Shown: one piece after another, positions 47,972 to 64,000 of the stretch
Position numbering within the stretch: the stretch's first letter is position 1
Layout: every line of letters starts with the position of its first letter
Assembly: GCF_009914755.1 (NCBI RefSeq)
Contig: NC_060932.1
Direction: 5' to 3' (one strand)
DNA length: 64,000 bases
From: the human T2T-CHM13v2.0 reference genome, Homo sapiens
Program-made: the position numbers and the translations under genes
The notes under the pieces: generated by a model
Seen by the model: only the letters and a program-made list of their open reading frames with translations
What the model was told of the DNA's origin: nothing
Databases searched by the model: none

Positions 47972-49527
47972 CTGAGCAAAAAAGGGGACTTCGTGAATGT
48001 GAGGAAAGCGACAGCAGAAGCTGTTCCAATCAGAGGTGAAATCAGTACAAACTCAATGACTGGCATTTTTGACACTGCATGAATCCTGGACTGCCTAGGC
48101 CAGAAGGAAAGGAAGCTTTTATGAGTTATCAAGTCACACGAAGGTTGTACGTATCCAGACTAGATTTTAATATTTGCAAGTCTTGCCCTAGAATGCTAAA
48201 ACCCCATTTCTATTCTAGTACATGGTTTGGCTGACCTTACTTCCATAGAGACGACTGGCCTTGCTGGAGAAGTTTTTATTGACGTAACAAAAGCTCGCAC
48301 CAACAAAATCTGAGTATAGAACCAACCTTGAATATAAACAGTCTGGTCAACGTAACTCCCACAAGTCCACGTGCAAAGTGGTTTACCCCAATGTCATGAG
48401 CAACAAAGAGCAGAATGAAGCTCAGCATTCCTAGGCAGCAGTTCGTGGACTTAACCAGTATAGAGTGTTCACATTTCCCTTGCTCTGCAAACACCCAAAC
48501 CAGAACTTTGTTCCTTTCAGTGTGGAGTGATCTAAACCACAGTCATACCAATTTATGGTCTGTGCCGGGAAATAAACAGCCAAGAAACACTAGGTTAATG
48601 ACAAAATACTGATTCCAAATAACTCATAATCCAAATCAGAGAACAATTTTTCTTTATGCAGCATCCCAGGAGGCTACAAGAACATTAGTGATGGCATGCT
48701 ATGCAGAACACACACAGAGAGCAACTTGGAAAAGACATTCCAGAGAAGGAAGCTCTTCTGTTGGAGGGCATGACAGAATGATTTGCAGTTAAGATGGCAG
48801 AGATAAGAAGTTATGAGGCACTGCAGCAAAAGCACAGATTTAGGCATGGTGCAGGGCAAGAGGAGGAAAGAACATAGTAGCAAAGGGTCAAGGAATGGAG
48901 GATGAGAGAGGTTGAGGGCATGCTTTCTCTCTGCAATCAAAGAAGGCTGGTTGCAACTTCCAGGTGGGAAATGTGGATGACTGTCTCAAGAGGACATTTC
49001 TGCAGAGTGAGGTTGATGAGCTGAGAAACTCCCACCACAAAGGCTCCAGGGCTGGAGCCAGGACCTCTGAACTGCAGAGCCTTGGAAGAGCTGGATCATC
49101 TGAGTAGTACCACCATGCTGGGGATCATTCTCAAAATTGAAAGGAACTGAGAGACAATGAAGATGCAGGCAGAAAAGACAATTTTGCTTTTAGAGAGTAC
49201 CACGAATAAAGGGAAAGTGTAGGGCTGCTTTTTAGAGTCCAGCTAGGCTGCCTGGTAGGCCAAGCTGGCAATTAGATTTGCCTTCTGTTTCTAAACATGA
49301 CCCAGAAGAATCCACCATTTAATTTCTTACATCTAAAATTACTGAGTAAATCCTCCCTCCACCCCTCACTTGTCAAAAATGTTTTAGATTTTCTTGAAAA
49401 TATTTTCAGATCCTCAAGGGAAACCACACCTTCTCTTTAGCTATCCCAGGAGAGGTGATAATGTTAAACCCACTTAATCTGGCTTCGGTCCTCAGCCCTA
49501 TTCTGGGAAGGCTCCAGGGCCTCTTAC

Positions 49528-49621
49528 CTGCAAAGCCTCCAGGAATCTGAAGGACCCAAGCCTGCGACCACGAGGAACCAGACAGAAAGTGGCATTGTGC
49601 AGCATTTCCCGATAATCATAC
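49528..49621 (-). CDS. EXT1: EXT1 exon 2 (94 nt), (K)[31 protein letters not shown]; N-terminal exostosin/GT47 domain, includes G339 and R340
   Basis: Acceptor tctttctAG|GTATG and donor CAG|GTAAGA. The peptide is recognised as EXT1. Codons GGT-CGC (G339, R340) lie at 49569-49564. Confidence 0.98.
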
Positions 49622-52409
49622 CTAGAAAGAGAAGAGGAGTAAACAGCAAATGAAGACTCATTGCGAATGTGGGGATATTGACCATAGGTGGGCGCCCATG
49701 TGCATGAATTTACGCAAAGCAACTCGGGAAAGCCACCAGCAGGCAGCTCTCACTTTTCCATTTTGAGGAAGGAGGTTGGGTTGCTGCATGAAGAGTAAAC
49801 ATGAATCATCATGTTGGACAAAGCAATTAGGATCCCTTTTGCAAGCAGTATATATAAAGACAAGTCTGATCGTTCTGGCAACAATTTGGTTTGCCCAGTC
49901 TTTGCTTCCAAAATCAGATTTTTAAGTCTTGATAAAATATGTTGCCCCATAGTCTTAAAAAGAAGAAGAGAAAATTACTGGTGCTTCTCCTTCTCCTTTA
50001 ACAATACGGCATTCAGCAAAACTAAGACTGTTCTTGTTCCCCACCCCTTCAAAACCATGCTATTAAAAACTATTCAGAAAACCTCAATCACAGGCACAAA
50101 ACAACATTTGTCTTCTCTTTCAAGATGGAGTTTCTACACTTAACCAAGAACGTTCAGTTACCCAGGAAAAATATTCCTGTTTAAGAATGGCTGACATAAC
50201 TCACAGGAGAAAGAGGAGGTGAGAGAGAAGGATGCTAGCCTAAGAAAGGGAAAGAAAGAATAACGAGAAAAGAAAAGAAAAAAAAAAAACCTGAACTAGG
50301 AGGGGGTACAGGAAACTGGTCTACAGAAGAGATGAATTTATTTTACTCAAATACCATTTAATGATATTACATTGCTTTTGCTTTTCGAAAAAACATACAA
50401 AATATGAGTGTTACCTGTTTCTTTATGCCAGTGAAGTTTAAGAAAGATAAAAAGCATTTCATTTTGTTTAGGACTGTCACTTTTAAAGTGATTACCACAA
50501 ACACATTCCTACACAGGCAGTTTCAAGTACATTATGAGTTTAAGAAAACTTGGGAAAGTAGAGATGGCTCATGTCCTGTAAAGGCCCCGATTCTTAGAGC
50601 CAAGATGAAATCACTCTCATTTTTCAAGAGCTTCCAATGCTGAGCAGACAGGTGTGACTTTGACAGTAGCATATGTCACCACCACTTTCTGACTCTAATA
50701 GTCTAATTTAATCATAGCCTAAAGGCACTGAATTCTTCCCTCTTCTTTTTGGGTATATTGGTATATACATTTATATTTTTAAAGTCCACATCTATTTTTA
50801 TATTCTCATACAAACTAGGCATACGGGAGTAAGCCAATTTTCAATTATAAACCCGCCATTAAGAAGAGACATCATGCAAAGGACCATTTGCTTAAACAAG
50901 CGTGTACAACTAATTTGCACAAGAAAAGGTCACCGTGAATGGATTAAGATTATCTCCATTGAGAGTAAAAATTTTCTAAAACCCTTGCTGCATTAATTAA
51001 ATTGCAAAATAGACTTCAAAGTAAAAAAGATTTTTAAGAAGGCTTGAATTTAGTTAAATATAAAAAAAAAATAAATTAGATGGTAGTGATTTCTTCATCC
51101 TCACCAAACACAGGAAAATGGTTGACAAATATCTTCAAGTTCAAATGTTGATAATGTTTTAATCTCTGCCTAATAGATGGAGCAGAGAGAAATATGCACA
51201 CACACACACACTCACAAAAATATATGCATAAAGTTTAAGCTGATTTTTTTTTAATACAGAAAGGTCGAATATACTTCAGACTACAGCAAGGTTTAATAAG
51301 TACCCAGAATAGAAACCCCTGAGGGACTAGCACAGAAGGTCCCACATTCTCATCATTAGCCTACTAAAAATGTAAAATCCTATTAATGTTCTGCATTGTA
51401 ACAAGTTTCAAAGTTCCTAGTTGCAGAATTTACTTTAGGGAATGTGTGGAGGAAGAGGAAGGGCAGAAAACTTATAGGAAAAATTCAAATGACAGTTATA
51501 GTGGGTTGCTTAAATGGTTACATAGAAGGACTATTTGCTGATATAGCAAGTAAGATTGACATGATCGAAGCTTGTATTCCTTCACATAATAGGTAATAGG
51601 AGCTGTGGGAAGAATACCCTTGCAGGAGTTAGGAAACCACTAGGTAGCTGTGAGACTTAAAAAACCCATGAATTTTCTATCTGTTTCCTCATCTGCAAAA
51701 TGAACTACTTGGGCTAGATGACTATAGATTCAGTTTTAATACTTGATTACTCTTTATCTTATCATTTTTGGGTAAGAAAGAGGAATGTCCTTTGAGAATA
51801 TCCCACTGCTTAGGTGTCCATACCATTATATGTATGTGTATATGTGCACAATTCCATACCCATATATGTGTGTATATGTATATACATACGTATCTGTTCA
51901 TATGTATGCAGTGCATGTCTAACATATGTGTGTATTCACATAGAGGCTCATACAGAACATGTACACTCATACCTTAGAACAATGATTTTCATTCAGATTT
52001 CTATGCATGCTCAGCCTGTGAACCAGCCTCTCTATTCTACTCTCTGGACAGTCAGTCTATGAATTACTAACATGTTCTACCTGAAGGAAGAATGATGCCC
52101 CACAAGTGGGCAGACAACTATTCTAGTTTGACCACGTGCTTGATCCTCTCCTACTCAGCCCATTGTGATGCTCTTTCACACTGCACATCAACCTCCTTGT
52201 AGATGCTTAAATCCACTCATTTATTCATTCATTCTTTCAAGAAATACTATGTTTCAGACACTGTCCCATTTCAACAGATAGAGTCCAGAGAAGGTCTTCT
52301 CTAGTTGCTGGAGCTACCAAAGAAGCACCTGACAATGAGAAAATGCTGATGAGATGAGAATTTAAGATATAAACATCTCCTGGGAGTATTTGCATTATAA
52401 GAGGAGATT

Positions 52410-53830
<1,421 letters not shown>

Positions 53831-54348
53831 AAGACAGGGAGACTTGAGAGGTCAAATGGGGGGACACAGTGTTTTAAGATGGACTAATTCTCCCTCGTTT
53901 CTTATGTTTAGAAATGTGAATCACATAATCACACACTACTTAAAAGAAACATATGATATCCTAAGCAAGAAGGTAAGTAGGTGAGGGAGACAACTAACCC
54001 CAGATAATTCGCCACTCTAATAAATGGTTTTGCTACCCTTTTCAGATGGGCATTAAGTTCCCCACGTGTAGGTAAAGAAGGACAAAAGGTAGAAGAATTT
54101 TCACAAACGACTACAAAGAAAAATGCAATAAAAATGACATGACCTTGAATTTAACCTAGACACTAGTACCACTCTATGGCCATAATCATTTTATACTTAA
54201 AGTTGTATTGAACAATGTATGGGATGCACCCCATTTAAAATGGACTATGCAATAATGCACAATTGAAGTCCTGCCCCTCTGTAGGAAACACATTTTTGCT
54301 GGCAGCCATTCTGTGCAACTGGGAAAGATGGGGGAGTGTAGCATAGAG

Positions 54349-54538
54349 CAGGGGTTCTCAAAGTGTGTTCTTCCAATCAGTGGCAACATCTGCATCATCT
54401 GGGAACTTGGTAGAAATGCAAATTCTCAGCCTCACCCAAACCTGCTGAATCAGAAACTCTGGGGGAAGAGCCCAGAATTCTGTGTTTTAACAAGCCCTCT
54501 GGATAATTATGATGCACCCTAAATTTTCAGAACCACTG
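54349..54538. mobile_element. MER5A (hAT-Charlie MITE)
   Basis: caggggttctcaaagtgtg...agaaatgcaaattctc...gaatcagaaactctggg...agaaccactg. Confidence 0.88.
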
Positions 54539-55629
54539 GCACCATAGTTAAGAGCTTAGTAATTAAAAGCTTAGTGGTTAGGCAGCTTCAGACACAGCAA
54601 AACCTGGGTTCGAATTCCAGCTTTTCAATTTATAAACTGAGTAATCTTGAGAAAGTTATTTAATTTGTTTAATCCTAGTTTCTTGGTTGGCAAAATGGGG
54701 ATAATACTTATACTGTGAGGATTAAGTGATACATTTTAACCAAAGCACGAGCATATTATAAGCAAACCATAAAAGGTAGCTATTATCATTATGACTGAAG
54801 GAAGATAACAGAACATAATGGAAAACACAGCCAGCTTCAAGTTAGAAAATCTGGGCTAAGGAATTTGGGTTCTTGATCTACCACTTCCTGTGTAACCCCA
54901 GCAAATCATTCAACTTCTCCAAACCTCAAAGTTTTGAAGATCAAATGAAATCATGTACATTGAATATAAATGGCAAAGCACTATGCAATTGCAAGTTATT
55001 ATGGTAAATTATATCAGAATAAGAGGGATATAAACATTTTTAAAACCCCTAGTAACAATTAAAAAGAATGAAAACTACACCAGTATCCCAAAGACAGAGC
55101 CAAGAGACAAATGTGGAACAGACCCTTTAAAGTAAAATGGAAACAGAAGCTGTGAATCACAACAGAACAGCAGCTTCTAATTGAAGGCTTTTGCCTTATT
55201 ATCAAAAGCTACATAGACAAGGATGTTGCTGGTGCACTGTGCTCACAGGTCCTCCTGTGGCTCCCACAATCCCTCTGTAGCACGCATATTTGCCAAGTGA
55301 ACCTGCTTTTTGCTAACCAAAGACGATAGGGAAGAAACAAGTGATCCAGCCTCTCATCTCTGTACTCACACAATTCTAGCCTCCCCATGATGTTGTCACA
55401 GTTTGTCTCAAGTATTTATTCATAAAGTAACTTAACATCTACAGCTGATCTACTCCCTCCAGTCCCCATCCTCATAAGTAATTAATCTTTCCTTATACAC
55501 AAGTTTGAATAATATCCCTTAAGAAAAAAAGAAAGAAAGAAAATAAAAATAATTTATGACTGTTGTAGTTCTCTAAAGTGCATGGGGATGAGAGAAATGA
55601 AATTAACATCCTTTGAGCACCTCCTTGCG

Positions 55630-56130
55630 CCTTTTTCATTCATTCACCAAGCATTAGTTGAATGTCTACCATGTGTCAGGCACTCTTCAGGGAGCTCACT
55701 GTCCAGAATAAACAACATGTGTTATCAAATGATGATTAGTCAGCGAGAGGAGTGCTAGGATTGGACATGAGGTAGAGGTGGGTGTTATACAGAGAAGAGA
55801 AGCAATGGCCACATGTAGGCAGGGAGGCCTCCTGGAGGAAGTGAGACCCTGAGCTAAATCTTAAAGGATGTACAAGAAGCAACCAGGCACAGGGGTAAGA
55901 GGAGGTGATGGGAATTCCTGGGGGTAGAGATAGCATAGCAGGAACAAAGGCACCAAGGTGAGAGAAACCACCCAGTTTGGGGAGGGGAAGGTATGGGGGT
56001 GTGGGCTGCTGTTACTGGTGGGTTGCCACTAGGAAGGCTTTCTATGACATCTCCTAGAGCTCAGAGATGATCCCTTGCAGGTGACTGGGGTGTCACTGAA
56101 GGGCTTGAGCAGAAGAATGACATGGTACCA
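55630..56130 (-). mobile_element. L2 remnant
   Basis: ttcattcattc...ttgaatgtctaccatgtgtcaggcact and agggaggcctcctggaggaagtga. Confidence 0.7.
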
Positions 56131-56557
56131 ATGGTGTTCTCAGGACTTCATATAACCCAATTTCATAGAGAAGCAATTAAGTTTGGAGACCTCAAAAACC
56201 CTTCCAATGCAGGTCACAGCTAGGACCAACCAGCCTGTGTTCCAACTCCTGGATTTCTCATTCTAAATCCCATTTTCTTTCCATTACATCACATTGCCTC
56301 CTTGGTCAGCCCATACAACATGCAGTGTCTAAAACTGACATGTCTTATGAAGCCAGGTCCTAAGCAGTTCACCTAGTTTCAAGCATGGGCTATTCGTTGC
56401 CAATTTAAAAGGGCTGTTTCTCTCCCATTCAAAACTTCACCCCAGATCACTACCAGGAGCTCAGTTTAAGAAGGTACTCTGTCATCTATTTACTAACCAT
56501 GTTGCCTTAGACCCTTCCTTGGCCTTTAAAGGTTTAACAGTTTAAAATTTCAATTAC

Positions 56558-56966
<409 letters not shown>

Positions 56967-58039
56967 TGAGAAACATATATAAGTGGGAACCAATCTTTTA
57001 GCTGGAAAATGGGTCCAACTGGCCACTGTTCCATCTCAATTAGGAGACTTGAAAACATAGAATATGGAAAAGTATAGGTCCCTGGTGTCTTTGAGAATTC
57101 TCTGGACTTAAGGAGCCACAGTTTCTCCATGACACCTACTCACACAGAGTCTCTGTGCACACAAATGAGCTGCTATAGTACAAATGAGCTATGCAAATGT
57201 GCAGTGCTAGGCTCTGGGACTGGCTGACCAGGTTGGCTGCAGCTTCAGGGATGCTTGGCGTCCCCAAGCAGGAAGGCACTCGCTATTTGGAGGTGGTACA
57301 ATTCCTTACTCAAGACAGTTTTTTGCCTTGAGCATTGCCTGCTGTTAGAACTGCCACACCACTCCCCACCTCCCCAGTCATGCCAAGGATTAAGAATTTA
57401 TTTCCTTGTGACGCTCCTCAGTCTGAGGCTGCTGATCCCAAGCTGTCCACCGCAGAGAGCAGTGCGTGGCTAAAACCAGGGCCAGGAATTTATATTCACC
57501 CTTTCACACTTCTTGGCTTTCCACAGAAGAGAGTCTCCTTTTCATGTCCTCTTAAAATCCATTTCAGCATAGGGAAGGGAGGCAGATAACATTTTGTGGG
57601 CTGGGGCTGAGGCATGAAACCCCTATGGGAGGCATTCACTCTCATATCCATGATCTCATGACAGCCTCACAACCACTGGGGACGTGGGGAAAGATACACC
57701 TGTCTTTCACAGGGATGAGGGAGTCAGAAGAGTCCTTGGACTCAAACATCTTGACTGAACACGCCAGGTCATAATCTCTTATCAACTCTAAACTCCACCC
57801 CCCATCCTTAGGTTAAATGTCTACTGACAGTTCAGAACCTTAAACTTAGCCCAAGTGGTAATTGCTACCTGTGTATATTAATGAACACAACATGTACCAG
57901 GTGTAGCTCATACTTCAAGAGGGGTAAAAGATGACCATCTGAATTCCTGCTCATTAAATAACAGCTCAATGGCTAATATATAAAAGTAAGTAAAAAAAAA
58001 ATAAATAAAAGATAGCTATTAATAACAACTTTTTAAAAA

Positions 58040-58186
58040 CTTTTTTTAAATTTTAATTTTTTATAGAGACGAGTCTTGCTATGTTGCCCAGGCTGGTCTT
58101 GAACTCCTGGCCTCAAGTGATCCTCCCACATCCTTCCCAGTCCCCAAAGTATTGAGATGACAGGCATGAGCCACCATGCCTGGCCA
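58040..58186 (-). mobile_element. Alu left monomer (FLAM-like)
   Basis: Single Alu arm with a T-rich tail. Confidence 0.85.
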
Positions 58187-58535
58187 GATATAAATTATAA
58201 TAACAACAATACCTCCACTTTTTAAGCATTTCCTGTGGGTGGGGCACTGAGCTGCACAATCTGTAATCTTTACTGTGCCTTATCTTTACCACCATCATGG
58301 AGAATAGGTGCTACTGACCCCAGTTTACAGATGATGAAGTAAAGTGTCACAGGTTTTGTTCGGTTTGTGCAAGGAGGATGGGATCCACGACCAGCTCTGT
58401 CATCTCTCAACCTACCTAGGAGGAAAGAGTAACGAGGTGCCAGCAAAGGTGAAAATAAGAGACATTTAATACATCGTGCCCATGACATTAATCTCAGGAA
58501 GCTTTCTGAAAGAGGAGAGGTTTTGCAGCACCAGC

Positions 58536-58839
58536 TTTTTCTTTTTTCCCCCCTTTGAGCAGAGTCTTCTTGCTCTGTTGCTCAGGCTGGAGTGCAGTGG
58601 CATGATCTCAGCTCACTAAAACCTCTGCCTCCTGGGTTCAAGTGATTCTTGTGCCTCAGACTCCCAAGTAGGTGGGACTACAGGTGTGTGCCACCATGCT
58701 CAGTTAATTTTTGTATTTTTAGTAGAGATGGGGTTTCATCATGTTGGTCAGGCTGGTCTTGAACTCCTGGCCTCAAGTGATACACCTGCCTCGGCCTCCC
58801 AAAGTGTTGGGATTATAGGCGTGAGCCATCGTGCCTGGC
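58536..58839 (-). mobile_element. AluS-type element
   Basis: Alu consensus match; TSD agcaccagctttt. Confidence 0.93.
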
Positions 58840-61249
58840 CAGCACCAGCTTTTATACACAGCAATACCCACTTCCAAAACTCTTCTCAGAGAAATGCAAT
58901 TCCAAGACACATGGGCCTAAATTCTCTGGTTCGAAACAAAACGTTTTTGAAAATGCTAAATAAAGGGCTACCTGAGTACAGTGGCAGGGAGGGGGTGCAG
59001 GGGGAAAAGAGGGGATTAACAATAAAAGAGCCAGCAGCAACAGTGAACTCAGATGGATAAATGGGTCCAGAAGAGTCACACACAGGCCCAATGGTGATGG
59101 GGAAGCCTGAGGTCATTATCTTACCATTAACTACCTTTCGCCAGGCTCTAAGCCAATGGGACTGGTTAAGTGGAATGGAGCCAGGAAGTATGGACAGCAG
59201 CCCGAGAAGACCAGGATAGGGGTGGGCAGCGCAGTGTGTCTGTTCTAAGGGTGTCAGCTCCCCACCTAGGACAATCTGAGTCCCAGGAGGCTGGCTGTGG
59301 AGGGAGCACTTCTTCCCTACATGCCCCTCTTTCCTTCTTTTTCTTAACTTCCACTCCTGCTGCCTAGAGGAAGGCTTCCCTGATCCCTGGAGTTTGGGAA
59401 CCCTGTGCTAACTCTCTATTGCTCACTCTGTATTAAGTTGCCCATTTTTCTCATTTCCTTCCCCTGGATTCCGGGACACAGGACCTTGGTCCTACTTTCT
59501 GTTGACCCAACAACTACCTTAAGGGCCGGCCTACTGTAACTACTCAAAAAAAGAGTTGTTAAATGAATGTAAGGTGCTCAGTGTCCACCAATTTGCATTA
59601 AAGTGTACAGGGGCTATGGAAGCAAGAAGATAACAAAGATAAGATGCAAGCCCTTCATTACAACAATGTCCACTTTAACAAACACATGCCCAACTCTTGA
59701 TTTATGCTGGGTTCTTCCAAGAATGAGTTCATTCCTATGCTTACACCAAGCCCAATTTACTTGGGGAATGAAAAATCGTGTTATTTATTTAGTCTTCCTT
59801 TTGTACATTTTAAAATCCCTTCTCTGTTTTTATTTCTACAGGTCTGGCAGCTTGTTAAAAATGTCATTTTCTCCCTGCACGCTGATGAGGGTAGAAAATT
59901 TGTGTTTCACCAGCCCTGACAAATAGCATTATTTGTAAATCAAGTTAAATGCATGCACAGTGCGGTTCAAACTGAACCTTCTCCTGGCCTTCCTCCATGT
60001 CTGAACTGAAGAATAAAAAGCTGTAGAACCTCCTCATGGCTTCTGCAATGACAAACCCTGCACCAGTCCAAAAAGCAATGACTCCCTCCCTCTGCACAGA
60101 AAACTGAGCTCGAACCAATGTCTGACCACTTCCCTTCTTGATCCAAGATATCCTTTCCAGCAAGGCCAGCCTGGATCAGGCCTCGGATTAGGAGGATGTT
60201 TGGCATTCCTACTGTTCTCACCCCCAGGGCAGGCACTGTGCAGAGTCTGTCCCGTGACCTGCATTCTTGTCAGTGTTTAATCCTTTTGTCTGGCCCCTGC
60301 ACTTAAGTGGTTATAAAATATCTTGAGAATCCAATGACAGTTTGTGGAATGTCAGCTGATGCCACCAACCTCACCTTCCCATTTTCTCTCCCACTGTTGC
60401 ATCACTAGCCTCTGCCTTGTGACTTTGACAGTCAGGGCTGCCACCTCACTCCTGAGCCTTTGGTACCGAATACACAAACAAGACCTCAGAACTCTGTGTA
60501 GGCTGATATAGCACATTCACAAAAAATTCTAGAACACCCAACTTACTATGAACGCTGCATGAAGCTAGTTGTCTATGGAAAGTTTAATCTTTCCCGTCTG
60601 GGTATGTGAATGCATAAATGTAGAGATACATGGGTGTATCCATGGGACATAACATTTGGGTTATGGTTGAAGATTTGATGCCACATATTATTGATTTACA
60701 GGAATATCTTTGCATGAAGGTTGAGTCCTTAGGGATTAGAGAGGCCCACAAGTCTAGATTCTGCCATTTCCTTAGGCAGAAGTACAACAGTACCCTGGGG
60801 AAGATGGTCTGTGGAGCTGAATCACCTCTCCCTCCTCCTCCTCCAGCTGGCCATGCTTCCCACAGTTCCTTTGAGAAGCAGACAGAGCCAGCTAGCTCCC
60901 TGGCACTCTCATTCTGGAAAGAGGCTGTGGGACAGAAAGAAAATTTAAGCACTGGATTGAGGAGAGGTGGACCAGATGGCCCAAAGGATGCCTTCATGCC
61001 CTGATATTTACTCACTGGACAAAGGAGTATTGAGCAGGCCCTACATGTCAGGTAGCACTCTGAGCACTGGGACGCCATGAAGCAAGAGTACTCCAGGAGC
61101 TGCCCATTCATGGATTTTGCAATTCAGTGACAGCCAGAGTCTCCTCACACCCTTCTTCCTATACCTCCTTAATCCCATTCCTCCTTCAGCTCAAGCGTGC
61201 ATGAACAGAGCAACAGAAACCATACTCTGGTTCTTACTAGTTTTAAACA

Positions 61250-61850
61250 GAATGAGTTCAATCGTATCTTCCTGCAGTCCATAGTCTATAGAGCAGCCAA
61301 AGACAACTTTCAAATGTCACCCCCCCAGTCTGAACACCCTCCAGTGGCTCCTCCTGGCACTTAGAATAATAATCATGCCCTACACCTTGGCCGACTGGGT
61401 CCCATGAGAACTGGCCTCTGCCCACATCTCTGACTGCCCCATCCTCAGTCACCATCTACAGCTACAAAGTCCTGCTCTCAATTTCTTGACAGAGAATGCT
61501 AACTTCTATCTCTTGCACTTGCACTTGCTGTGCCCTCTGCCTGGAATTCTTCTCCAGGATCTCTCTCAAGCTGCCTATAAGCATTCAAATAGCCCCTTCT
61601 CAGAGAGGCCAGCACAGACCAACCTGTGCTCCTGGCACTCTCTTTCTGTTGCCCTGTTTCATCTCCATCCTGGCATTTACCAAGGTCAGAATTCACACAT
61701 GTATTTGTTTTACTGGCTTACCTTCTTTCTCCCCAAATGTAATGTATACTGCATGAGAGAAGGGAGTGTTCCTGTTCTTATTCACCACTGTGACCCCAGA
61801 CCCTGTACTATGCCTGGCCCACAGTAATCTTTTAGGAAATATTTGTTGAA
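61250..61850 (+). mobile_element. L2 3' remnant
   Basis: ccctctgcctggaattcttctcc...tgcctggcccacagta...aaatatttgttgaa. Confidence 0.75.
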
Positions 61851-64000
61851 CCTATGTCAGATTATTCAACACTCACCCCATTCCTCATGGGTTTATAAAG
61901 CCTAGGTCATAAAGTGTCTGAACTGCTGGCAATGTTTGCAGGGATAATTCATATGACAAGTTTCTAAAAGGATATAGAGAAGTTTTCTTTCATCTTTGTT
62001 TTATACGACGCTAGCTTTCTCTCTCTAGTTAATGGTATGATTCGTCAAGTTCTCCAAATGCCATCTGCTATGAAAGCAAGAGCCCAATAAAAATGTCTGC
62101 AGAAGAAATTTCTTAAAGAACATCTTTAGAGATGTTTATGTAAAGTGATACAATGAAACCCTGCACAAATTAATAACTAAAGCATTTATGAATATTAGAA
62201 AGGATGAGGCCAAAAATTTTCTTGGAACAGTTTTTGTACATATGAGGCAAAATGCAGAAGATGTCAAAGGCCTGGCATTGTTATGTTTCTTTTGCCTTTT
62301 CTTTGCGTCCCAAATTATTATGGCATATACCCAAAATCCATCTACTGCTTCAGAAGTATAGATCATTTTCCAAAAGAAGCATCTGGAATAGCTAATTTGT
62401 TACCAAAGCCGGTGATTAAACACACATGATACTGTGGGGCTGAATGGCTGGCCATGAGTCCCAGTTTTCCATTGTATTGGGTTTCAGCTATTAACCAATC
62501 AGTCTGTTTTTAGAGTATGAATTTGTAATGTAGATGGCTCAGAACTCTTGGCTACGGGGCCCTTAATGGGACAGCATTTCTGTCACATGGAATTCTTGTT
62601 GCTTGGTTTCCATTAAGGTATCTTGGCTTTTAAATAAACTGTCAAGTAAAACTTGGCATCAAAACACAAAGTGAGTAACTTCCTTTGTTGAGTCGTTGAC
62701 AGCTCCGCTGTGTGTCAGATAGATAGCTGCTAAGAGTCAGCTCTAAAGGCGATTGCAGTCTCTTTGGAAGGATGCTGGTATCACAAACTGCCTTCCTCAG
62801 GATTAAGGCTAAGCAAAATTTAGGGATAATCTTTATGGAAAGTTAACCCAGCAACGGCCAGTCGACCATATCCCTCTCCACAAGTGTTGGTTTTGGAATT
62901 ATAAAAGTTTTGGAGGTGTGAAAACATAATTGGAAAACTTTTTTTCCCTGCTTAAAGGGCTAATTGATTTCACAGGTGTTTAATTATCATTTGCTGTGAG
63001 ATAATACCTTGTAGTGCCATAAAAAATGGATTTAATTTTCTAGTGCTTGCAAAACCATTTCCAAAGCCAAGTCAGAGCTAAAGCTAGATAACTATTCTAT
63101 AAATCAAACACACTGCCTCCTTTCTTTGAAATTTTTAATACTTGGGGATAATGATATCTGACAACCTTGAAACTAACATGAAAAGGATTTTTCTGCCAAG
63201 TGCCAAAAGTCAACCATTGGAGCATTTCAGGCAGTTTGGTTCATTAACAGTGACTCAGGCAGCCTCAGGACCCTGCCTGCAGGCTTCCAAAACACCCCAA
63301 GGGTAGACCATTGGTGTGTGTCAGGACACAATATTATCTACCAAGACCAAATGGTCATATATCCAATAAGGTCTACAGAAAAACAGAAATAAAACCCAAA
63401 CCACCCTTAGCACAAAAAACTGCCTGGAAACAACTGTAACTCTCTAAGCTCAAACTAAGAGTCCTGGAACTTAGAAAGTGGAGATGTTTCAACTTGATCA
63501 AGGGATACTTTCCTATCTTATGCTTAAGGCACAACACTTGTGCTTTCTGTAATAACAAGGGAGGGAATCATAAAATCAAACAAATGTTAACAGCTGGAAG
63601 GCACCACAAAGATCATCCAGTCCAAATATCCAGATGAAAAAAAGCAGCCAGGAGAGGTCAAGTAACTTACCCAAGATATCACCAGGGGCAGAACCAAGAT
63701 AAAAAGAATAATTCTGAGTGAGCAGAGAAAGGAAAAGAAAGCTTGAAAATAGATTTAGAGTCCCATTCTCACCCAAAATCTAAAAATACAAGGAAGAATT
63801 TTTAAAAAGACAAAAAAAAAAAAAAGTGAGGTTTCATTCTGTAAGAGGAGTGGCTATTTCTTCAACGGAGCCCAGTTTCCACAGAAGTGCTTAAGCTGCC
63901 TTAAATAACTACATGGGGGTTTTAGTTGGTGCCACGTTTCGGATTTTTTTTTTTCTCTCCAACTTCTATTCAGAAGCTGCTGAAATCCTACCATGTTCCA

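Noticed and set aside
60584-61111. Longest ORF in the track (175 aa) and the overlapping 124-aa ORF
   Set aside because: No similarity to any protein I recognise. It is intronic, and its length is compatible with chance in 64 kb across six frames.

Overview
This is primate DNA, almost certainly human: the 3' two-thirds of EXT1 (exostosin-1, heparan-sulfate co-polymerase subunit) on the minus strand. Ten coding exons, recognised as exons 2-11, were located by hand. All have GT-AG boundaries, and together they give one open frame ending ...KKYRDIERL* at 12116. Two poly(A) regions are visible: a proximal ATTAAA pair (about 11.8 kb) and a distal AATAAA (6908-6913), implying a short and a roughly 5.2-kb 3'UTR. 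Positions 49622-64000 are the 3' end of intron 1, and 1 to about 6890 is downstream intergenic DNA. The rest is typical intronic repeat content: about 22 Alus, L1, L2, MIR, MLT1/MLT2/LTR33-type LTRs, Tigger3, MER5A, MADE2 and microsatellites. Nearly all ORFs in the supplied track are Alu- or repeat-derived, or are antisense/off-frame shadows of exons. I see no new gene system. The most unusual sequence-level observation is a fossil duplication with a templated insertion in intron 9. There, a 78-bp direct duplication brackets a 62-bp copy of a Tigger element lying 3.9 kb away. Repeat subfamily names and comparisons to reference transcripts come from memory and need confirmation.
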